NCBI GenBank assembly: GCA_964480945.1
Contig: CAYZRX010000002.1
Span: 5,009 to 69,008 of the forward strand
Direction: 5' to 3'
DNA length: 64,000 nt
Origin: an uncultured Ignavibacteriaceae bacterium
GTDB lineage: Bacteria > Bacteroidota > Ignavibacteria > UBA10030
The notes below the pieces were generated by a model. That model saw only the letters and a list, made by a program, of their open reading frames with translations. It was not told the origin of the DNA and did no database searches. Positions 39,439 through 47,328 of this stretch are shown piece after piece. Position numbers and translations under genes: made by a program. Positions within the stretch are counted from its first letter, which is position 1. Each line of letters starts with the position of its first letter.

Positions 39439-40095
39439 TCATACGATCACAAATGCCCGAACAGGAAAGCTGCCGAACTTCTTTATCTTGATCGGGACCG
39501 CGAAGAACCTGAAGCCCGAGTCAGGAACGGAACCGAGATTGCAGAGATGCTCTCCGATCGGGATATCCGCTGCGAGGAGGATAGAGTGTGCCGGACGTGC
39601 AGGATCGTTTGTATCGTCGATGTTGAGCGAGTCAATACCGACGAAAGCGGCACCGGAATCCCTCAGCCACTCCGCCGCGTCTTTCATCAAGAACGGGTGT
39701 CCGTCGAAATACTTCTCGGTTCCCCAGTATCTGTCCCACCCGGTGTTGATCAGCACGGCTTTCCCCCGCACTTCATGTTCCTGCAAGAGATTCCTGGCGA
39801 TGGCCGCGGGGCCGCCCTTCGTTCTTACGACGAGCCCCTCGAGATCGGCGAGCGAAGAGAGGGGGAGCTCTGCGAGGTCCTTCGCCCCCGGGTACCGATG
39901 GAATGGAGAATCAACGTAAGTCCCGGTGTTGGTCACCATCTCGATCTTCCCGATGCAGAACTCGGTCCCAGGAGCGTAGCGGCTTCGGGATCCCTCATGA
40001 GTGAGATAATCAGAAATCGTGGGGGCGGGCAGGCCTTTGTACGTGATAAGCCCGTCTTCGATACTGTGGCTCACATCGATGAACGTCTTGCTCAC
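39439..40095 (-). CDS. cyclase-family protein (arylformamidase/kynurenine formamidase-like, PF04199)
   Basis: GTYVDSPFH and VGIDSLNID motifs of the putative-cyclase fold. 218 aa. Confidence 0.7.
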   Translation of the reverse strand: MSKTFIDVSHSIEDGLITYKGLPAPTISDYLTHEGSRSRYAPGTEFCIGKIEMVTNTGTYVDSPFHRYPGAKDLAELPLSSLADLEGLVVRTKGGPAAIARNLLQEHEVRGKAVLINTGWDRYWGTEKYFDGHPFLMKDAAEWLRDSGAAFVGIDSLNIDDTNDPARPAHSILLAADIPIGEHLCNLGSVPDSGFRFFAVPIKIKKFGSFPVRAFVIV

Positions 40096-40343
40096 GGCCG
40101 GTCTTCCGGTGGTTTTTCCTCGCGCGCCGGATCTTCCTCTGCTGGTCGGTTGGAATCCCAGTTTTCGGCTTGTGGGTCATCGATCTTGAGTTCGCGGAGT
40201 TCTTTTGGGAGTTGTGCCGCGAGAGGGTCCGACAGCTCTTCCTCATCTGTGGAAGAGCCTCCCAGCTCCCTGAACTTCATGACGATTCGAACCGCCAGAA
40301 AGACGATGACGGCGCCCATGATGATCAGAAGGATGTTATACAT
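40092..40343 (-). CDS. small membrane protein with acidic C-terminal tail (hypothetical)
   Basis: One N-terminal TM helix LLIIMGAVIVFLAVRIV, then a D/E-rich tail. 4-nt overlap with the cyclase gene. Codon usage consistent with neighbours. Confidence 0.4.
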   Translation of the reverse strand: MYNILLIIMGAVIVFLAVRIVMKFRELGGSSTDEEELSDPLAAQLPKELRELKIDDPQAENWDSNRPAEEDPAREEKPPEDRP

Positions 40344-40427
40344 AGCGGCCTCCTCTCACGAACGGACACCGGCTGCTGTTTCGCGCATGCAGCCTTTTTC
40401 TTGTTCCGATGTGCAGTCCAAGCCGAC

Positions 40428-40934
40428 TCATGCGCCTGCTCGCGACGATCTCGAGGGAAGAGAAAGATTCGAAAGAATCAGCAAAATGAGCCCGGCGAGG
40501 ATGGTCAAGTCCGCTACATTGAAGATCGCCGTCTTGAACGGCCCCGCGGCGATCTCGACAAAGTCGATGATAACTCCTCCCTTCAGCACGCGATCGACAA
40601 GGTTGCTCAGGCCGCCCCCGAGCACGAGCGAAAGCGAGATGACATTGAGCGGCGTCAACCGTCCGCTCACGATCGTAAACGCCAGGATGCCGAGGAGGGC
40701 ACAGCCGGCAAAGACTGTGAAGAGCCAGAACCGGGTTTCTTGCGGAAGCTCAGCGCCCAGGCCGAGCATCGCACCATAATTTTCGGAATACTGGAGATGC
40801 ACTACGTCGCCGAGCAACCTCACAGGCTTGTCGACGGCCAGCGTTCGCCCTGCAATGGTCTTCGTCGTTTGATCGCAGCCGATGCAAAGGAAGATGACGA
40901 GCGCGATCACGATGCTCCTGCGATCCGTCTTCAT
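40428..40934 (-). CDS. lspA: lipoprotein signal peptidase (signal peptidase II)
   Basis: Four TM segments. Conserved NxGAMLG-like YGAMLGLG and catalytic FNVAD. Confidence 0.85.
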   Translation of the reverse strand: MKTDRRSIVIALVIFLCIGCDQTTKTIAGRTLAVDKPVRLLGDVVHLQYSENYGAMLGLGAELPQETRFWLFTVFAGCALLGILAFTIVSGRLTPLNVISLSLVLGGGLSNLVDRVLKGGVIIDFVEIAAGPFKTAIFNVADLTILAGLILLILSNLSLPSRSSRAGA

Positions 40935-41725
40935 CGCCCTCTCCCTGATTCGATGTTCATCACCGGTGTGAGCCTTTCGAGGGTTCCATCGCCGGGGTAA
41001 AAGACGCGCTCCAAGAACAATCCCGACGGCGGGGCCGTGACCTTCGCCGGAACATCAGACGCACTCGCGAGATACTTCTTGAAATCGTCCACCAGCAACT
41101 TGCCCTTTCCGATCTCGACGATTACACCGACGATCTGGCGAACCATCTTCCAGAGGAAGTGCGATCCGACGATCCGGATCAGGACCAGGTCCCCGTGTTC
41201 CTCGATCTGGACGCTCCGAACCTCGACCGTCGGCGACTTCTCCTCCAGGTCGTCGGCCGTGAAAGACTGGAAGTTTTTCATCCCGACCAACATCTCTCCG
41301 GCTTTCCTCATCTCGTTGATGTCGAGCTTGTCTTTGATCCACCAAACGTATCGTTTCCCAAGGGCCGTCCTCCTCCTGGAGATCTGATACAGGTAGCTCC
41401 TCGAAACGGCATCATGCCGCGCGTGGAAGCGGGGTTGAGCTTTTTCAATTTCGAGGACATTGATGTCGGCCGGCAGCTCATCGTTGATCTTCCGCTTGAG
41501 GATCTCCGGCGCCAGCATAGTCCTCGCCTCAAGGTGCGCCACCTGCTGCAACGCGTGGACGCCTGCGTCGGTTCTTCCCGAGCCGTACAGCTCGAATTCC
41601 GACGTTCCCAACACGGTTCTGACTGAATCTCCGAGTTCGCCCTGAACGGTCCGGGCGTTCTTCTGGACCTGCCATCCGCTGTACCGCGTTCCTTCGTATT
41701 CGATATAAAGCTTGAACCGGGCCAT
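40931..41725 (-). CDS. truA: tRNA pseudouridine(38-40) synthase
   Basis: YEGTRYSGWQVQ. Catalytic GRTDAGVHA. Start placed at Met 25 (MARFKLYIEYEG) of the track ORF. 4-nt overlap with lspA. Confidence 0.88.
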   Translation of the reverse strand: MARFKLYIEYEGTRYSGWQVQKNARTVQGELGDSVRTVLGTSEFELYGSGRTDAGVHALQQVAHLEARTMLAPEILKRKINDELPADINVLEIEKAQPRFHARHDAVSRSYLYQISRRRTALGKRYVWWIKDKLDINEMRKAGEMLVGMKNFQSFTADDLEEKSPTVEVRSVQIEEHGDLVLIRIVGSHFLWKMVRQIVGVIVEIGKGKLLVDDFKKYLASASDVPAKVTAPPSGLFLERVFYPGDGTLERLTPVMNIESGRGR

Positions 41726-41815
41726 GAGAATTGACGTTTCAACGGCCTTCAGGTTGCGCGCCAGGAAAGTGCCACGCACCTTCAAGGTCCCACGCACCTC
41801 AAAGGTGCGTTGGAC

Positions 41816-43042
41816 CTAGACGACCTCTTGCAGTCCCGAGGGCAGACGTGGCGAAGAGATGAGCCGCGTGAACTCTTCCCAGCGCTTCCCCGGCCGGTCT
41901 GCTGTTCCTCCGCGCGACTCAATGTAGCTCTTGACCAGATCCTGCCCCAGGTTGTAGTTGATAACGTAACTTCGATACGTATCGATGAACCGGACGCGCT
42001 GTTGCGCGCGCTCAGGCGACATCAGTGCGTACGTTACCAGAAACTTCTCAGCTTGAGACCGATTGAATTTCCCGTCCAGATAGCGTCTCGCCGCCTCGTT
42101 ATGAGCATAGTTGAGCTTGACGGCCAGTCGGTGTATCTCGTAATATCGCTCCGCCTCGGTCGGATCTATTCCAGCGATTGGGAAGAGGCGCTCACGCTCG
42201 AACGCGACCCGCTCGTTCCCCGGAAACGCGACCTCAATGCCGTAGTTTGCAGTTCCCTCAGCAATCAATGACTGCGGACTGTGCAAAGGATACACAGAGA
42301 ATTCAACCCAGTTCCGTTTTCGAACGAAGTGTTTCTCCAACAGCGCGTTATAGACGTGATGCCCGGGGTATCCCTCGTGCGCCGCGAGATCGACCGCGCG
42401 GTCGATCGAGATAGGGAGATCGGTGTTGATCTGGATAAGGCTATAGCTGTCGCCCTTGTACCAATTGTAGCCGCTCCACGACTTGTTCTGGACGTACTCG
42501 ATATCGAAGCGCTCGTTCGCGGGAAGGTCAATGTGTTCCTTTGTTCGTCCCCGACATTCCGTGATCGCTGTCTGGAAAACAACCTCGAGCTTGGCGGACG
42601 AAATGGTGAACGCCCGGCGGTAGACTTCGTAACGCTCCGTGATCGGTCTTCGACCGGGCAGCAGGTCTTCCAGTCCGCTGAGCAGTCTCTCAAAGTGGGC
42701 CTCGGAGTACTCCGGCGGGGCCGCATCATACAGCGCCCGTGCTTCTTCAACGAACGTCAGCTTCTTGCCTCTCAGCATCTCGACCCGGGCCGCCAGGGCC
42801 TCGATCTGTTTTACGAGATAGCGTTGACGAAGTTGTAGGATTTCTTCCTGGTTCTCAAGTTGCATCAGTCGGAGGGAGGCGAGCAGGCGCGCGGCCGCTT
42901 CCTGGATGGATTCGAGAGGCATCCCCGCAGCCTTGGCCTCATCTCGCCACTGGCGGGGCCCGTAGTACGCATCGATATAGTCGGTGTCGTGCTCACCGAC
43001 GGCGAGGGCAAGTTTGACGTATGACTCTGCGATCTCGTTCAT
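41816..43042 (-). CDS. DUF885-like putative zinc metallopeptidase
   Basis: HEGYPGHHVYN matches the HExxPGHH signature I associate with DUF885. 408 aa. No signal peptide. Confidence 0.45.
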   Translation of the reverse strand: MNEIAESYVKLALAVGEHDTDYIDAYYGPRQWRDEAKAAGMPLESIQEAAARLLASLRLMQLENQEEILQLRQRYLVKQIEALAARVEMLRGKKLTFVEEARALYDAAPPEYSEAHFERLLSGLEDLLPGRRPITERYEVYRRAFTISSAKLEVVFQTAITECRGRTKEHIDLPANERFDIEYVQNKSWSGYNWYKGDSYSLIQINTDLPISIDRAVDLAAHEGYPGHHVYNALLEKHFVRKRNWVEFSVYPLHSPQSLIAEGTANYGIEVAFPGNERVAFERERLFPIAGIDPTEAERYYEIHRLAVKLNYAHNEAARRYLDGKFNRSQAEKFLVTYALMSPERAQQRVRFIDTYRSYVINYNLGQDLVKSYIESRGGTADRPGKRWEEFTRLISSPRLPSGLQEVV

Positions 43043-43060
43043 GGAATGGCGGACGAACCT

Positions 43061-43492
43061 TCAGCCGGCCGGAGGGAACAGATTTCGGAATTTTTCCGGA
43101 ACGTGGACAATCTTCCTTTTCTGATAGTTGAAGAACACGATGCCTGTCTTCGCCCGCGCGATCTCTTTCCCCGTTTCCTTGTTCGATACTCTATAGACGA
43201 AATCGCATCCGTGAGATTGCAGGTCGCAAACAGCGACTTCGATGCTTGAGACGTCCCCATAGAAAGCCTCGGACTTGTAGACGATCGCCGCGTCCGCCAT
43301 GATAATGGCGCTGCCGTCGATGTCCGTTTCCGTGAACCCGTAGTGCCGGAGGAACCGAACGCGTGCCTCGTGCAGCAGCGCGAGCAGTGCGTCGTTCCCC
43401 AGGTGCCCTCCGTAGTTGATGTCCGTGATGCGGAGAGGGATCTCCGTGGAGAACGGGAAATCGTCCGGCAGATCAAGCTTGACGCGAGGCAT
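43061..43492 (-). CDS. hotdog-fold acyl-CoA thioesterase (4HBT/YbgC-like)
   Basis: ~143 aa. Pattern DINYGGHLGNDALLALLHEAR typical of 4HBT thioesterases. Confidence 0.6.
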   Translation of the reverse strand: MPRVKLDLPDDFPFSTEIPLRITDINYGGHLGNDALLALLHEARVRFLRHYGFTETDIDGSAIIMADAAIVYKSEAFYGDVSSIEVAVCDLQSHGCDFVYRVSNKETGKEIARAKTGIVFFNYQKRKIVHVPEKFRNLFPPAG

Positions 43493-43633
43493 AACCAAGA
43501 GAAGAATGAATATCCGAGTGGTGTCCCGAAGATATTACCAATCTATGGTAGAGAAAATTGTGAACGCGGTCAACGACACCGCGTGATGCAACTCTTTGCC
43601 GATCGGGCCGTAATCTCAGGGTGGAGGTCTTGT

Positions 43634-43837
43634 ATGGTCAAATTCCTTCTGTGGTTAATCCTGCTTTTCCTTTGCTGGCCCCTGGCGCTGCTGGCCCTCG
43701 TTCTCTATCCGATCGTCTGGCTGCTGCTCCTCCCGTTCCGGATCATCGGAATCGCCGTCGACGGAGTCTTTGAGCTGCTGAAGGCCCTTATTCTGCTTCC
43801 CGCCAGAATCCTTCGAGGATCCCCAGTCAGCTCGTAG
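43634..43837 (+). CDS. small hydrophobic membrane protein (67 aa, hypothetical)
   Basis: ATG preceded by GGAGGT. Two predicted TM helices (FLLWLILLFLCWPLALLALVLYPIVWLLLL...). Track ORF 43343..43837 begins upstream but the hydrophobic part starts here. Confidence 0.35.
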   Translation: MVKFLLWLILLFLCWPLALLALVLYPIVWLLLLPFRIIGIAVDGVFELLKALILLPARILRGSPVSS

Positions 43838-43888
43838 ACACAATCCCTCGAAGCCCCCAGTACGTGCAATCCCAAGCTGACGGCTCGC

Positions 43889-45082
43889 CTACGGTTTGCC
43901 GACGTGGATTGAATCCTCCCCGAATTTCTGACGAATCTTGTCCACGGCTTCCATCATCTGCGATCGTTTCCTCTCAGAAGGGAAGAGATCGAACTCGAGC
44001 TGTCGCTGGTCGACCAATTGAGAGGCCCTCACTCCGAGGAGCCTGATCGCCATGCGGCGCGTGTAGCCGCTCTTGAAAAGCCGTTTCACGGTTTCGAAGA
44101 CGACGTTGTCGTCGTGCGTCGCCTCGATCGTTTCCGCACGCGTGATCGTCTTGAAATCGGCGTACCGCAGCTTGAGGGTGAAAGTCTCCGCCTTCAGATG
44201 CCGGTAGCGAAGGGAAGAGCAGACGCCTTCCGTGAGAGCGAACAGAATCTTCTCCAGCTCGGCTCGATCGGCGATATCGTGCGAGAACGTTTCTTCGGTC
44301 CCGATGCTCTTCCGCGTGTGCTCGGTCTCAATGTGCTCGGATCCCAATCCGTTCGCCACATCGTAGATCCACAACCCGTGCTTGCCGAGCATCCGGACGA
44401 TCGACTCGCGCGACCGCGCCTGGATGTCCGCGACACGATGGAAGCCTTTCTTCCGCAGGATCTCACTCGTCTTCTTCCCTACGCCCGGGATGACGTCGAT
44501 GGAAAGCGGAGCCAGGAACTCCTTTTCGGTTCCGTGGGGGACGTAGATGACGCCTGCCGGCTTGACCGTCCCGGCCGCGATCTTCGCGACGGACTTGTTC
44601 GAGGCGAGCGCGATGGTGCAGGGGAGGCTGAACTCGTGCCAGACGATCTTCTGCAGCTTCTTGACGAAGCCCGGCAGGTCATTGCCGTAGAGGACCCCGC
44701 AGCCGCTGAGATCCAGGTACAACTCGTCGATTGACGCTCGCTCGACGATCGGGGCAAGCTCGAGGATGCGCTGGTACAACCTGTTCGAGTAGGATGTGTA
44801 TTCTCCGAAGTGACTGCGGACGACGATGGCATCCGGACAAAGCTGCAAGGCTCTGGAGGTCGGCATCGCAGAATGGATGCCGAGCGCACGCGCTTCATAG
44901 GATGCCGAGGCGACAACGCCGCGTCCGCTGGGGCTTCCGCCGACGATCACAGGCTTTCCATTCAACGCCGGGTTCTTGATCCGCTCGACGGAGACATAGA
45001 AGCAATCGAGGTCGAGATGGGCGATATATTTCTTCGAGGAGGTCAACTCCTTGTGGTTCTCTCTAGCGTATGAGAGAAGCAA
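43889..45082 (-). CDS. dinB: DNA polymerase IV (Y-family)
   Basis: HLDLDCFYVSVE. SIDELYLDLSG. Little-finger region. 397 aa. Confidence 0.88.
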   Translation of the reverse strand: MLLSYARENHKELTSSKKYIAHLDLDCFYVSVERIKNPALNGKPVIVGGSPSGRGVVASASYEARALGIHSAMPTSRALQLCPDAIVVRSHFGEYTSYSNRLYQRILELAPIVERASIDELYLDLSGCGVLYGNDLPGFVKKLQKIVWHEFSLPCTIALASNKSVAKIAAGTVKPAGVIYVPHGTEKEFLAPLSIDVIPGVGKKTSEILRKKGFHRVADIQARSRESIVRMLGKHGLWIYDVANGLGSEHIETEHTRKSIGTEETFSHDIADRAELEKILFALTEGVCSSLRYRHLKAETFTLKLRYADFKTITRAETIEATHDDNVVFETVKRLFKSGYTRRMAIRLLGVRASQLVDQRQLEFDLFPSERKRSQMMEAVDKIRQKFGEDSIHVGKP

Positions 45083-45090
45083 GTATCATG

Positions 45091-45594
45091 TCACGTTCCC
45101 TCTGTCAGTCGATTCAGCGGAGCACCCGCGAGTCGAAACACCGTCCACTCGTCCATCGGCCGGGCACCAAGGCTCTTGTAGAAGCCGATCGATGGCTCGT
45201 TCCAGTTCAACACAGCCCACTCGAGCCTGCCGCACTTCCGTTCGACTGCCAGCTGCGCCAAATGCATGAGCAATGCCTTGCCGATCCCTTTGCCGCGCAT
45301 CGCCGGGCGAACATAGAGGTCTTCGAGATAGATCCCCGGCCTCCCGAGGAATGTGGAGAAGGAATGAAAGAAAAGCGCGTAGCCCACATGCTGATCGTCA
45401 TAGAGCGCGAAGACGACCTCGGCAGAGGGATGTTCGCCGAACAACGTTTCCAACAAGATCTCCTCCGTCGCCACGACTTCGTGCGCGAGGCGTTCATACT
45501 CAGCCAGTTCTCTTATGAATGATAGAATCAACCGGACATCCTTCTTCTCAGCCGGCTGGATCTTCAGGCGGGGATCAGATTTTGACGATGGCAT
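45091..45594 (-). CDS. GNAT-family N-acetyltransferase
   Basis: Acetyl-CoA binding RGKGIGKALL. Size 167 aa. Confidence 0.75.
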   Translation of the reverse strand: MPSSKSDPRLKIQPAEKKDVRLILSFIRELAEYERLAHEVVATEEILLETLFGEHPSAEVVFALYDDQHVGYALFFHSFSTFLGRPGIYLEDLYVRPAMRGKGIGKALLMHLAQLAVERKCGRLEWAVLNWNEPSIGFYKSLGARPMDEWTVFRLAGAPLNRLTEGT

Positions 45595-45626
45595 GGTCGT
45601 GTGATCTTGGTGGCTTCAGGAAATTC

Positions 45627-46691
45627 TCAGGAAGGTTTCTTTTCGGGTTGTTTCGGCTGCACGAGGAAGCGCAGATCGTACCCCTTCTCCGCGAGTTGGC
45701 GCAGATTCTTTTGTATCACATCCAGAACGGTTTCGCTCGGAATGATATGGACGATTCCGTACTGGATTTCCGTCTTCCGCTCGACGTAGATCTCCCCCTG
45801 ATAGCGCTCCTGTGGATCGTACTGGATCTCGCCCCCCTTGGTCCAGGGGGCAAGGAGGTACGAGATCTGTGCCGGTATCAGCTTGACGAGGCCGACGAGC
45901 TCGAAGTTCGGAACGCCGTCGCGTATCGCGAGGGCAATCGAGCCGCTCGCGCCTGGAGCTACGATGGCGTCGACGATGAATGATCCCTTCCCATCCCTGT
46001 TCGGGGAGCTGACGATCCCCTTCGTGACCATTCGGTAGCCTGCCGGGTAGCCGAAGAGATACACGAACGTTCCCCATTCGAGCTCTTTCGCCTTGCCGAA
46101 GGGATACGCGAACGCTCGCACCCCCAGCGTCCGGCGCGCGTCGAGCTTTTGGCCGAGGAAAACGAGGTCGGCAGCGCGGTCGAGCGCCAGAACCTCCAGA
46201 GCAACGCCGCCGGCCACCTCGCTGAGGAAGATCAGCTGACTCATTCTTAAGGAAAAGGTCTTAACGTACACCGTCGATTGTCTGTTCTCTGACAGGTAAT
46301 AGGTGATGGCGGTATCGGGAAAGTCGACTACGTGAGCACACGTGAGCAGCGCGATTCTGCCGTCCTGGTTGTAGATCGTCGTTCCCGTTCCGGCATTTGA
46401 TTGGTGTTGGAAGGAAACGTCTCGCTCGGCTCGTTGGAGGACTTGAGGAGTGATGTCGGAAAGTCGAACGGAGTCCTCGAGCGAGAATGCATAGCTTTTA
46501 TAGCTCGTCATCACGCTGACGCGTTTGACGCTCTCGCTGATCTCTTCCAATTGTTCTGAGCAGCCTCGATACGGAAACTCGGAATCATACTTCCCGTCAG
46601 CGAGCGTAGGGTAGACCTCTTTGTAGATGGAAGGAGCACATGAGAAGCCTGTAATGGAGACGAGTGCGAGAATCAGAGGGACGAATTTCAT
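45627..46691 (-). CDS. trypsin-like (S1/S1C-type) serine peptidase lipoprotein
   Basis: Signal plus lipobox ITGFSC. His site LLTCAHVV. Ser site APGASGSIAL (GxSGS). Confidence 0.6.
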   Translation of the reverse strand: MKFVPLILALVSITGFSCAPSIYKEVYPTLADGKYDSEFPYRGCSEQLEEISESVKRVSVMTSYKSYAFSLEDSVRLSDITPQVLQRAERDVSFQHQSNAGTGTTIYNQDGRIALLTCAHVVDFPDTAITYYLSENRQSTVYVKTFSLRMSQLIFLSEVAGGVALEVLALDRAADLVFLGQKLDARRTLGVRAFAYPFGKAKELEWGTFVYLFGYPAGYRMVTKGIVSSPNRDGKGSFIVDAIVAPGASGSIALAIRDGVPNFELVGLVKLIPAQISYLLAPWTKGGEIQYDPQERYQGEIYVERKTEIQYGIVHIIPSETVLDVIQKNLRQLAEKGYDLRFLVQPKQPEKKPS

Positions 46692-46757
46692 AGCTGGCTC
46701 CTTCAGTACTCCGGATTGGGTGTCGGCCGAATCCCGTCAAGGGAAACCGGGGAGTAC

Positions 46758-47168
46758 TTAGTCCGGGTACGTGAACGTCAAATCAAGCTTGATATCGGGA
46801 TGAATACTTTTGGCCACAGGACAGGCGCGCGCGATGTTCTCCAGCCTGGTTCGATGCGAGGTTGCGATCCCGGCCGGAAAGTCTATCTTGACCACGATCT
46901 TCGCGATCCGGCGGGGCGGGTCCGTGCTCATGTGCTTTTCTGCGTACACCTTCGTGCCGGCAAGGCGAACGCCCTCCTGTTCCACCGCGAGGGCCATCGT
47001 TGTGACTTTGCACGTCGCCAGCGCGGTTACAACGAGGTCGGTGGGCGAGAAGCTTTCGCCGCGACCATGGTTGTCGGTCGGCGCGTCGGTGATCAGTCTC
47101 ACTCCGCTCGGGGCGTGGACGGCCTCGCAGCGCAGCTCACCAAGATAACGGAACGATTGGGCGACCAT
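46758..47168 (-). CDS. OsmC/Ohr-family peroxiredoxin-like protein
   Basis: 136 aa. Two-Cys pattern ...ALATCKVTT... and ...ARACPVAK... typical of OsmC. Confidence 0.8.
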   Translation of the reverse strand: MVAQSFRYLGELRCEAVHAPSGVRLITDAPTDNHGRGESFSPTDLVVTALATCKVTTMALAVEQEGVRLAGTKVYAEKHMSTDPPRRIAKIVVKIDFPAGIATSHRTRLENIARACPVAKSIHPDIKLDLTFTYPD

Positions 47169-47328
47169 AGGAAAAATGAAAAAGTGAAAAGGAAAAAAGA
47201 AAAATCACGATTGATGGGTGGAGGAGTACTTGAGTCTTCACGTATGCCAGTGGTAAGTATGTGAATGGATGGAAAAGGAGCTGCGAGGAAGAGAAGAGAA
47301 CGAAGGGGAGACGGGGGTCCGGATCCTG

